A stretch of DNA of 63,846 bases, counting the filler, from Salisapilia sapeloensis CBS 127946 (taxonomy: Eukaryota > Protista > Oomycota): NCBI GenBank assembly GCA_023334545.1. It is 11 parts of 11 records of this genome, joined end to end, with 100 filler letters (N's around TTAATTAATTAA, not from the genome) between each part and the next. Parts side by side here need not be neighbours in the genome. Positions count along the whole stretch, not along the records: positions 1 to 28,367 come from JAADVB010000231.1; 10 more parts are not named here. One strand, written 5' to 3'. Positions 11,376 to 21,350 of this stretch are shown one piece after another. Every line of letters starts with the position of its first letter. The first letter of the stretch is position 1. Below the pieces are notes generated by a model that searched no databases, was not told the DNA's origin, and was given only the letters and a program-made list of their open reading frames with translations. Both the position numbers and the translations under genes were made by a program.

Positions 11376-13211
11376 CTACAAGCGTAAAGCTTGCCATTCA
11401 TGCGGCCTCGCACCTAGTACGTCTGTCGGGATCATCGCATTCACTTCCACGAGACTCGTTCGAGCGATCGGCGTCGCATGGAGTGTATGTCGTCCAGCTT
11501 CCTTGACTCGCACGAGGACATAGTCTCCCTTCTGCGCTGTCACACCAGTGGTACAGCCTTCTACCGGCGAGAACGCTTTCCATTGGCTCCCAACGACGTT
11601 CTTGAACTCGATTAAAGACGACGGCATGGTCGTGTTTGGGAAGACACAGCGCTTGTTGGTGTCTGTGAGTCCTGTCAACCTCGGATCTTCATCTGTAGAT
11701 CGACGAGAAGGTCCTTGGACCTGCACAACATGCAATCGATCGCTATCTTCGACCAAGTTTTTCTGGGTTACCACTTGGCCGAACGTGTCGATGACTTCCT
11801 GTAGTCGACGTAGCTTGACGTCCTGCGGTACGTCGTCTTCTAGTCGATGCGCAGCATGCGTTCGAGCTCGCATCGAATAGGCAAACATGAATGCATGGTC
11901 GTACGCGACTTGGCGCATGAGCGACAAGGTGTCTTGATGCTCTTCCTCGGTCTCGCTGCAAAAGCCGGCGATAAAGTCCGAGGAAATGGCGACACCAGGG
12001 ACTTTAGCACGCATCTTCTCGACTAGAGACAAGTACGCTTCGCGCGTGTATCCCCTCCTCATGCGCTCTAGCACGGACGAACTACCGCTTTGTGCTGGCA
12101 TGTGGACGCTGTTGCAAATGTTCACACGTTCTTGCATGAGGTCAAAGACCTCGTCTGGAAAGTCTTTCGGATGTGGCGAAGTGAATCGAACACGGACTTC
12201 TGGATCGACGTCCGAGACTTGTGCCAAGAGATCGACGAAGCGAAAGCCTGGTGTATCACGACTTTGAAACATATTTTTAAATCCGTCAGCAGAGACATAG
12301 CCTCGACCTTTTTCCAATGCACCTTCTGACTTTTTATCATGATAACTATTGACGTTCTGACCGAGTAAAATGATTTCTTTCACGCCATTGTCACGAAGTG
12401 TCTTGACTTCATCAACGATAGACGGAATGCCTCGACTACGTTCTCGACCGCGTGTGAACGGGACGATGCAATACGAGCACATGTTGTTACAACCACGCAT
12501 AACAGAGACAAAGGCAGAGGCACTGTTCGGATCAGCACGGACTGGCGCGATGTCTGCGTACGTCTCTTCGAGCGATAGCTGGACGTTGGCGGCTTGCTCA
12601 GCGCCATCGGGACTGCGTACGACCTTGAGGAGATTCGGGACGTCTCGATAGGCATCAGGACCGACGACTAGATCGACCATTTTGTCTGATTCGAGCAGCT
12701 TGGTCTTGAGGCGCTCGGCCATACACCCGAGCACACCGACGACAGGCACGCGCTTTTGGTTTAGACGAAGGAGCTTGGCTTTGGTCTGCCGCAATTGCTC
12801 GAGTCGGTTCCAGATCTTGGACTCTGCGTTCTCTCGAATCGCACAAGTGTTCAGGAGGACGACATCGGCGTCGGCGGCAGACTCGGCGGCGTAGTACCCG
12901 TGCTCCTGGAGGATAGCACGAACGATCTCTGAGTCCGAGACGTTCATCTGACACCCGTATGTCTCTAGGAAGAAGGATTTGGGCTCCTCTAGCTCTTCCA
13001 AAGCAGTGATACGAGTAGGAATGTTCATCTCGCTCTCCTCCACCGACGATAAATCGGCGGCTGGCGAGCTGTCACGGATAAAGTCGGCTAAACCTGGACC
13101 AGAGGATGGAGCGGACCGACGGACCTTTACATTCCGACCTGCCGAAGATGGCGTCGTGGACAGTCCGCGGCGCTGGAGCACCCGCACGGCCCGAGCTCGT
13201 ACTCCTGCCAT
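11376..13211 (-). CDS. CDK5RAP1: Mitochondrial tRNA methylthiotransferase CDK5RAP1 (MiaB family, radical SAM)
   Basis: ETYGCQMNVSDSE, LLNTCAIRENAE, GVLGCMAERLK, RGCNNMCSYCIVPFTRGRERSR (CxxxCxxC), RVRFTSPHPKDF. Confidence 0.96.
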   Translation of the reverse strand: MAGVRARAVRVLQRRGLSTTPSSAGRNVKVRRSAPSSGPGLADFIRDSSPAADLSSVEESEMNIPTRITALEELEEPKSFFLETYGCQMNVSDSEIVRAILQEHGYYAAESAADADVVLLNTCAIRENAESKIWNRLEQLRQTKAKLLRLNQKRVPVVGVLGCMAERLKTKLLESDKMVDLVVGPDAYRDVPNLLKVVRSPDGAEQAANVQLSLEETYADIAPVRADPNSASAFVSVMRGCNNMCSYCIVPFTRGRERSRGIPSIVDEVKTLRDNGVKEIILLGQNVNSYHDKKSEGALEKGRGYVSADGFKNMFQSRDTPGFRFVDLLAQVSDVDPEVRVRFTSPHPKDFPDEVFDLMQERVNICNSVHMPAQSGSSSVLERMRRGYTREAYLSLVEKMRAKVPGVAISSDFIAGFCSETEEEHQDTLSLMRQVAYDHAFMFAYSMRARTHAAHRLEDDVPQDVKLRRLQEVIDTFGQVVTQKNLVEDSDRLHVVQVQGPSRRSTDEDPRLTGLTDTNKRCVFPNTTMPSSLIEFKNVVGSQWKAFSPVEGCTTGVTAQKGDYVLVRVKEAGRHTLHATPIARTSLVEVNAMIPTDVLGARPHEWQALRL

Positions 13212-13311
13212 TGAATATGCGATTTTGGTGGTTTAGCAAAAGAAAAGAAAAATAAGAAAGAAAAGAAAATGGAAACTGATTCTCTTTAGATGATACGTGT
13301 CCTGGTTCGTC

Positions 13312-14071
13312 CTAATCGTAATCGTCTTCCTTGGACCACTTGGCACCACCGGTGCTTGGGATGGCCTTGGCAGTCTTGGCATCCGCACGCACGGACTTGG
13401 CTGCCTTGAGATCGTCCTCGTCGCGATCATACGAGCGCTTGGCTTGCGCTCGATCCTCCGGCAGGTACTTGTACTCGGCCTTGTTATGCATAATGAGCTC
13501 GTCACCGATGAAATAGAAGCTGTCGGAGACCGTCGCATATGGTTTCGCGACGATCTCATTCAGGATGTTTTCATCGAGCGGTGGGAGGGCGTAGACGGCG
13601 TCCCACGTGTTGATACTGTTGGGGATGCAGAACCCAAAGGTGAAATCAAAGCTCTTAATGATTTCATCTCGAAAGTAATGTCTCTCGATCATACGAAAGC
13701 CATGCACTTCATTCGGTCCGACGGCGAATTCGAGCTCCGTCTGGATCGACGGCAGTCGTAACACGTCTTCCGAGAACTCGTACCTGATCGTCCGATACGC
13801 GCTCTCTCCACGGCCGCCCGTGTTCTTCGGAATAGCAGCTGCGGCTGTCGGTGGTTGATTCTTCCCGATCTCGAAGATCTTGCGCTTACTCTCATAGTCC
13901 GAGATCTTGAAATTCAGGAACTCGATGCCGTACGTATTGGCGCTTAAAGGGCATAAGAAATCTATTCCATTCCATTCACACACGTTCCGACCATCGCCTA
14001 GGAGCATACATACCTTCGGTCGGTGCCTCTAGTTCCAAAACATCCTCTGGCGTGTATCGCTGACGCACCAT
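13312..14071 (-). CDS. UNC119: UNC119 (PDE-delta-like lipid-binding chaperone), 2 exons
   Basis: Short first exon MVRQRYTPEDVLELEAPTE joined to FLCPLSANTYGIEFLNFKI; FRMIERHYFR...KSFDFTFGFCIPNSINTW; SDSFYF...LIMHNKAEY. Confidence 0.94.
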
Positions 14072-14341
14072 GTCGGGTCCAGGTGTCCAGTGTCTTTCCA
14101 AGATCTGGCGTCCGGAAGATAAGTCCAATGGATCGTTTCCAACGCCTCGTGGCCTTCGATCCGCCTCTTCGCTCGAGTGAAGTTGAAACGACTAACGTTA
14201 GTACTCGAGTATTCCAGTCGTTCTGATCTACGGACTTCCGAATCCATCCACCTTCCATCGGGTCCATCCTCGTATACTCAACTCCAGTCATATTCGTACC
14301 CTGTAACGCACCACGAATCAACACCGAGAAGACCGTCGAGG

Positions 14342-15312
14342 ATGAATCCGGATGGAGCAGCTGACGTCCACGCCACAAGTCCATTCGACGACCAACGCGA
14401 CTCGAACGACATGTTAGAGGCACCAAGACCTCCACCGACGCCGCAGGATGCGAGCGCGAGCTGTACGTTCCAATCGATCTTTGCCCATCGACAAGGGGAG
14501 ACGACGGACGATTTGGACAATGAGCTCTGGGCTGGCGACGATACGGACTTGATCGAGCTTACGCCAGATAAGCGATCTAGAGTCCGGTCTGTCGAGAGTC
14601 CGAATGACGTAGGTGACTTTTTCATGTGCATGTATACAAGGTGCTGACGAATCGATCGTAGCGCCAGGCGATAAACAAGTGGGCAGACAATGAGGAAGAC
14701 GAGGATGTCTTTAACGATGCGTTGCAGGAACGAGTGAATGAATTGACGCTCGGTGGATTCGCCACGAACAGTATAGACATCGAGCTAGATGATGTCGAGG
14801 AGCTCGTACAGGAGGACGTGGCACCTCCCGAGACGCTTCTGACGGTCGAAAAGCCTCGGAAAGGGTCCAAGGAAGAACCCAAGGGCTACAAGCCTGGACA
14901 TGTCGAGACGTCGGATCTACTCAAGATGCCAGATCGGCGTCGTGCGCAGTCGACGGACTTTGTCGCGAGAAACATTAAAGCGGTGGAAGGCAAGAAGGGT
15001 GCGATCAAGGCAGCGTCTAGTCCTCGTTCATCTCCACGAAGTCGAAGTAGCTCGGATGCCAAGAGTAGTCCGAGAGCGAGGAGTAAACCGGCCGTGAGTG
15101 ACGTCGAGAGCGTCCGTCGATACATTACGAATGACCTTAAGCAGGTACATATTCCTCCTTGCTCTTACCTAGACGTTATACTCATGATAAAGTAGATCTC
15201 TGTGGATCGTATTGTCTCAGATGCCAAGCGTCTACAATTCCTCGAACAGTTCTATCGTCGATATCAAGCGCAACAAGCTGCTGCTGCGGAGAAAATGGCT
15301 GCAACGACATAG
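14342..15312 (+). CDS. Hypothetical low-complexity protein, about 3 exons
   Basis: ORFs 14177-14647 and 14722-15195 plus a final exon, linked by GT-AG introns of typical size. No recognisable domain. Confidence 0.55.
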
Positions 15313-15439
15313 CGTTTACACGGTGCGGATGGATGTTGTCAATGATAGGAGCTGGCGTAGACCTACGAGAGAGAGCTGCCGTTTGTTTTTATTTATTTGT
15401 TTTCCCACCGACAAGAACGAAATACACGCCAGACATGCT

Positions 15440-16566
15440 TTACTCGTTTCTTGTCATCTTTTGGAGGAGACTCAAGGACAATTCGTACGATGCGAACGTC
15501 GCACTTGCAGTCACAGCAGACTTGAGGATACTTGCTGTCGTGCCCTTGTACAGTCCTCTCATGCCTTCCTTGTTGACGATGTCTCGACCACATGCGTATG
15601 CAGATCTGTAGTGAGGGATCGTACCGTAGCTCTCGGGACGTTGCACACCTCGCATCTGCATCCGCTTCTTGATCGTGTCAAGCGGATACATGATAAGTTT
15701 TGCGCTGACGCCGGAGATCGCGCCGCTGCTGATGAAGCCGAAGGCTTGGGCGACGACAGACCGGTGCTCCTGCTTGTCGCTGGACGCGAGAGCAGAGGTC
15801 TTTTGGAGCGTCGTGTAGAGACCAAAGGTGATGCCCATGTACGGTGCGATTTGGAAGAGCGTGGAGCTCGCGCCGCTATAGAAACCTCGTGGACCACTGG
15901 TAGCCCATGTGTGGAGGACGAAGGAACGCATGGTCGGATATTTTTTAGGCAAGCCTTGGCTCGCCATGATCGTCCTACAGAGGTCTAGAGGGTATGTGAT
16001 GGCTGTGGTGACGACGCCTGCTACGGCACCGTTGGTCATGGTCACGGTCGTTTCGTGATTAGCGACGTAGTGGCCTGGCCAGAGTGTCTGGAGGTGGCGG
16101 TAGACGCTGAACTGGATTGCAGAGTACGTCATCCAGAGGGATGTCGCTGCGATATTGCCGCTATCACGTATAGGTAATGGGATGGTACTGATGGATGGAT
16201 GCATGGGACGAACCGCCAGAAGCTACGAAGGCCCTCTTCGGCGTGGATACTGCGGATGGATTGGAGCAGGCCATGATACTTGCTACCTCCATCTGCACTG
16301 ATAGGAGTCTGCTGCACTTGGAAGCTTTTGGATATGCATATTAGCTATCTAGAGATAAAGATGCAATGCATACAAGTAGAATCGAACCGAATTTTAATCA
16401 AGTCGAGTGGTGCCGCGATGATGCGTGTCACGCCTGGAAAGGAGAGAAAGACATAAGGCTATATATTCCATTCTCCTACGGTCCTAGACATGTATAAAGT
16501 AGTGGATGAACCTCCGGAGACGGCACCCGCGACGGCAGCTTCGCTCGTGCTATCTGCAGCGCGCAT
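15440..16566 (-). CDS. SLC25A19: Mitochondrial thiamine pyrophosphate carrier (SLC25A19/TPC1-like), 4 exons; alternative upstream ATG at 16647
   Basis: Spliced AVAGAVSGGVTRIIAAPLDLIKIRFQVQ, FWRGNIAATSLWMTYSAIQF, YPLDLCRT, YPLDTIKKRMQ (three PxD motifs). Introns 16434-16511, 16325-16387, 16161-16213. Confidence 0.85.
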
Positions 16567-16630
16567 GGCCAGGAACGATCGGTCTGCTTGGTGGGAAGCG
16601 GTACGGCGATCTTGAGAGGTCGCGACAACT

Positions 16631-16792
16631 TCAATGCTGTTTGACATATCGTCGGCGAGGTCGAGGCTGAGGTGTCGAGGTAGGAGAGTCTGTTGGGAGA
16701 CTGAAGAAGTAGGACGGCGCTAGAATGATAAAGATGAGTGCGCAGGCGACGCATAGGCTCAACCAGATCTCGGTGATGCCTTGTTCCGCCAT
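16631..16792 (-). CDS. Small (53 aa) single-pass membrane ORF upstream of the carrier gene
   Basis: MAEQGITEIWLSLCVACALIFIILAPSYFF followed by a basic tail (PRPRRRYVK); good start context ccATGGcg. Confidence 0.4.
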   Translation of the reverse strand: MAEQGITEIWLSLCVACALIFIILAPSYFFSLPTDSPTSTPQPRPRRRYVKQH

Positions 16793-17640
16793 GGATGGAT
16801 GTGGTTTAAGAAGTTTCATTTCATTCCAACAGGATCTAAAGATGGATGGATGTATTCATGCACTCTATAGAGATCGCGTAATACGAAGAATGTCTAGAGC
16901 TGCTAGAGTAGTAGCATGAGCATATAAGTCTTGTACATCTCTAAGCTATTCATGTCGAAAGGAATGACTCGATCGGGGAGTATGAAAGCTTTGATGTGTG
17001 GCGAGTATTCAGGTGGAGCGAGGCCACGTCACGCAAGGTGGATGATAGCGAATGAGTAAATGATTGAATAGAATGATTAATCAGGAAAGATACCACCTGT
17101 CGTGCTAGATACGTCACGACACGTAATGTGTGGCATCCATAGCGGGTTTGGAAATAATCATGCAGCATGGATGGATGTTTAAATCTTTGAATCCATCCAT
17201 AATGGTACCATTCTTTATTGATGGTGGTTCCCTTAAAGATATTTGACCGAGTTGTATCCATGACATCAATTAATCTTGGTACATAGTTATACCACACTCT
17301 GCAGTTCTCCAAAGGTGAAGTTGTGGAACTTGTCAGCTGCAAACTACTTCTATGTGATTGAGAGCAAATTTTCAGCATTCGACCAGCGGTACGCTTCCAC
17401 TCTGGTAAATAATTAGGCCGTGTGCGCGCCAAATACCGATTCGGCATGATTGAATTCCACCTTTCGTAAGTTCATTCATGATACTCGAATCGGACAGCTC
17501 TGTATTCGTTGATAAGTGCCGATCGAGAGTAGCTACATGGTATGGAAACCTAACACAACCCTTCTATAGATCTTTCTCTCACTATATCGAATGCATAAAC
17601 GAGTGTTCTGTACTGTCAATGGAAATGCGAATTTCTATTC

Positions 17641-18090
17641 TTGGTCTGTCTCTATCTTGGTCATTGATGCAATCAGGAGGAAGTAAGTTTGGAGAAGACC
17701 TCAAGTCACGCTTGATATTCTACATGTGCACATTTGAAAAAGCGCGCGAAAGACTTGGTGAGCTCTTCGCTTTACCTGCGCTACTTAGCTCTTTGCTTTT
17801 ATTTCGGAACAGACATAGTACTGTGGTGGACGAAATAATTGAGCGATATAGCGCAAGTAAATCGAACGCAGCTTCAACCTGAAGGACTTTGACGATCAAC
17901 CACGATACGCTCGGCACTATTCCCACCAAAGCATGACAGAGGAGCGGGCGATACACGTGGACAGCAAAGTACGAGTAGGACGAACAGTTAAGGACTTGGC
18001 CATTGATTCCTAGTACAATTCATCCATCTTTGTTTTCACATAGTGCCTGCTGTTCCTTCATACTACCCAAATTACCGCTCAACGAACACA
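17641..18090. repeat. Dispersed repeat, copy A (homologous to 33103-33612), degenerate coding-like sequence
   Basis: ttggtctgtctct.tcttggtcattgatgcaatcaggaggaagtaagtttggagaagacctcaagtcacgcttg... is shared with copy B in the same orientation. Confidence 0.9.
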
Positions 18091-18798
18091 ACCTTTCTAT
18101 TCTTGCTTACTTTTGGTTATGTTGCTTGGTTGATGTTTAGACACACTGACAATTTGCCCTCAGATAGTACTCTGATTTCTTCGTTCCTTCCATTATGGCC
18201 ATGATACATGGAGAACGATGGGAAAATGGACGGAAAAGATTCCAAACCCTGATCCATAGGCAGATTTTAAAAGATCACGTAGGCATCTAGCGCTAGGTGA
18301 TGGTGGAAACGGTCGAATGTATTGAACGCAACGCTCTTGACACGCTTCCGAGTTGCTTGGAAGATAGATCAATTGGTAGATATCCGTAGCATATATTATC
18401 AAGATTATTTCGAGCTCGTGACTGAGGTTTATCTCAACCAAGTACAAAGCAAGACTAGCTCTCTGAGCTCTTTTGCGGCTTATAGCCGTTCGATACGGCT
18501 GCAATGGACGTGGTAACCTCGATACGTTCCAGCTGAACCATGCATCCTCTGTCCGGACCACCATCCAGACGACTGATAATACTACCAACTATCCAAAGTC
18601 ACACATAGCACTACAACTATTCGCATCTCTTTAATTCTTCTATCACGCACGTTCAAGTATCTTTTAAAGCAGACTTTTAACAAAAGAATACGATCTGATA
18701 CCAACGTAAAAGATAGACATTGTATCTCTTCCAATGTATACAAAAAGCAAGTAAAAACTTGGCGCGTCGATAAAGAGGCGGGAAATTCGAATACAAGT

Positions 18799-19923
18799 AT
18801 GGACGTCGATATCAGTGGCAAAGGGCGCAGTGGAGGACTACGAGCAGTGCAGAGTGAAGTCGCTGAGAAAGATCGGGAGATCATGAGTCTAAAGATGGAG
18901 GTCGCGAGTCTTCGAGAGCGCTTATCGACTCGAGTGGGCGGTGACGTGACGGCGCAAGAGCTCGAGGCGGAGAACTTTACGTTACGACAGAACCTTAAGG
19001 AAACGCAGGATCGCGTCGCTGGTTTCCAAAGAGCGCTCAAGGACTTTAAAGTCGAATACGGGAAGGCACAGCGGAATCTAGCGAAAATGGATGCAGCATG
19101 GCGATCAAGTTGGCAGGAGAAGCAGGCAAAAGCGAAGCAAGTAGAGCAGTTAGTGGATGAAAAGAAGGTTTTAGAAGAGGAGATACGGCAGCTAAAGACA
19201 TCTGAAGGAAAGGAGGTGGAGGATGATGAGAAGGATAAAGAGATGGAGACATTTCGACAGGAGATGGAGAAGAATGAGATCAAGTACAGACAAGAGCTGG
19301 AGGTTCTTGAGAAGGAGAAGAAGAGTGTGGAGGAACAGCTCAAGGCAGTACAGACTAAAGCATCAGATGCTGAGAACCTAGAGGCAGAATGTGAAGAGCT
19401 GAAGCGTAGGATAGTGGCGATGGAACGTGGACAAGTGGCGTCGAAAGAGCAGATATCGGCACTGCAGCAGACACTCGAGCGTACACGGGAGGAAGACGCT
19501 AAAGCGAAGACGTTGCTTGCAGAGCTAGAGAGTAGGAATAAAGAGTTGCAAGAGCAGGTAGAAACATACAAGTCAAGTAAGAAGAGCGACGTACAGTCGG
19601 CGCATACGTGTCTAATACAGAGTAACAAGGCGGATGATCTGCGTCATCCGAAGCAGTTTAATGCCGTGGAGGACGCTATTCGGAGGCGACAAGAGCGCTT
19701 GTCTCGAAAGGCTCCGACGTCTGTAGCGATGGAGACGAATGGCAAGGAGAATAATAGCGTCAATGCCCTTCATATCGGCATGAAGAGGAAGCTATCTCAA
19801 GTCACAAGTATCGAGTCCAAGGTAGATGGTACGGATGTTAGAAAGGAACCAGTTGGCGAGTCGAGACGGAAAGCTCGGATGGACTTTGCATCCAAGTACA
19901 TGCCAGCGTTTAAACATGTATGA
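18799..19923 (+). CDS. Long coiled-coil protein of unknown function
   Basis: 374-aa E/K/Q-rich heptad-like ORF. Confidence 0.75.
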   Translation: MDVDISGKGRSGGLRAVQSEVAEKDREIMSLKMEVASLRERLSTRVGGDVTAQELEAENFTLRQNLKETQDRVAGFQRALKDFKVEYGKAQRNLAKMDAAWRSSWQEKQAKAKQVEQLVDEKKVLEEEIRQLKTSEGKEVEDDEKDKEMETFRQEMEKNEIKYRQELEVLEKEKKSVEEQLKAVQTKASDAENLEAECEELKRRIVAMERGQVASKEQISALQQTLERTREEDAKAKTLLAELESRNKELQEQVETYKSSKKSDVQSAHTCLIQSNKADDLRHPKQFNAVEDAIRRRQERLSRKAPTSVAMETNGKENNSVNALHIGMKRKLSQVTSIESKVDGTDVRKEPVGESRRKARMDFASKYMPAFKHV

Positions 19924-20032
19924 AGAGGTGTCTCTTATTCGATCCATCGGTAATGTAGACGTAGTAGTTGAATAAAAAAGGTAAAAGCAATGACAAGAGT
20001 ACATGTCGGAGAGATCTTGAATAGCTACGAGT

Positions 20033-21239
20033 CTACATTTCATCATGTTCATGTGCTGTAAAAGACCATCCGACGATACTACGTTGATCATGGACACGAA
20101 GTCGAACATCATCGAAACAGTACGAGCTCGTGTCTCGAGACGGAGAGTAGCATGGAATGTACTCGTTTGGTTCGAGAAATGAGACGAGAACGCCACCGTC
20201 GTGAAGGATTTGCGTTGCTACGGGAGATGTGTCTGTCGTTGGATCTGCATCGATAGGACGCCAGTAGGGCACCCATGAGATATTGCCACCGTCCTCTAGG
20301 TTCTGTCCGTCGATAGCAATCTACAGTACGAGTGTTAGGTCGTAGGAAGGCATGTAGAGGAGTAGGACGTACGAAGATGGATTCATTCACGTATGCGACT
20401 GTCGGGTCGATGGACTGGACTTGGATGGCACTGCGTTTCGCTGCTAGATGCTGTGTGTACCAAATACCGCAGATGGACGTAGCAGCAGCAGCTAGGATAG
20501 TTGCTTTGACGATGGTTTTATGAAAGTTAAATAGCAAGAGGACGCCGATGAAAGCAACGAACGATTGGACTCGTGACTGAGAGCAGGATGGCGTCACCTC
20601 TGGATACAAGTCATGACACTCTTCCAGTCCAGAGCGAAGTGAGAGTCCACAGGACATAAAATCAGGAATGTCTAGTTCTTCCCACCACTTGCCATATAGA
20701 TTAGAATACGTGAGCTGAGTCCATGGATGCGTACAAGTGATGTACAAAGTGGAGAGGAGAATGGTGATGAGTACGAGAGCATTTAGTAAGCCCTTTAGCA
20801 TGCTCTCGAGTGCACTACGACTGTTTAGTGGGTACTTGTTCTGGATACTAGATCGATGCTGCTTGATAAAGAGAGAGTAGATGGGAATTGGAAGCAGCAA
20901 GAGCGTCAGGATCGTCCACACGAGGTTGGCAGTAAAGCTTCGACCACTCGAAAAGCGTGATAGGTCCTTGTCTCGCGTCGTAGCAGCAACATGAGCATAA
21001 AAATCGTCCGACTGGACACTACTATCGCTTTCGTCACCGCTATTCGCAGCCACGAGCTCCTGTTCCTCGTCACTGGACGATGGCTCCGAGTCTTCGCCAC
21101 GGACGTCCCAAGATGGTAGCATACCACGCACCATCTGTGCATCCAATTGCTCATCTTTGGTCTCTAGATAGGCGTCATCCCAAGTTTCATCTGAAAAGCG
21201 GCGGATACCCGTCGCCTTGGCCTGCGCCCGTGTCTGCAT
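20033..21239 (-). CDS. Hypothetical multi-pass membrane protein, at least 2 exons
   Basis: Acidic N-terminus and about four hydrophobic segments. A GTACGT...TGTAG intron joins it to the frame of ORF 20033-20272. Confidence 0.65.
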
Positions 21240-21350
21240 GCTACTACCCTACGCGTACCAATATGCTCTAGTGGTTGTCAGTCGCACAATACATGTCGTA
21301 TTTGATAGTGTCCCATTGGAATTACTCTATAGCTTCTCTATAGCTTAAAA

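Noticed and set aside
16200-16900. TPP riboswitch in or upstream of the TPP carrier gene
   Set aside because: I could not find the aptamer hallmarks (CTGAGA; TGATCnGGnTAATnCC.GCG.AGGGA) on the coding strand. An Rfam TPP scan would settle it.
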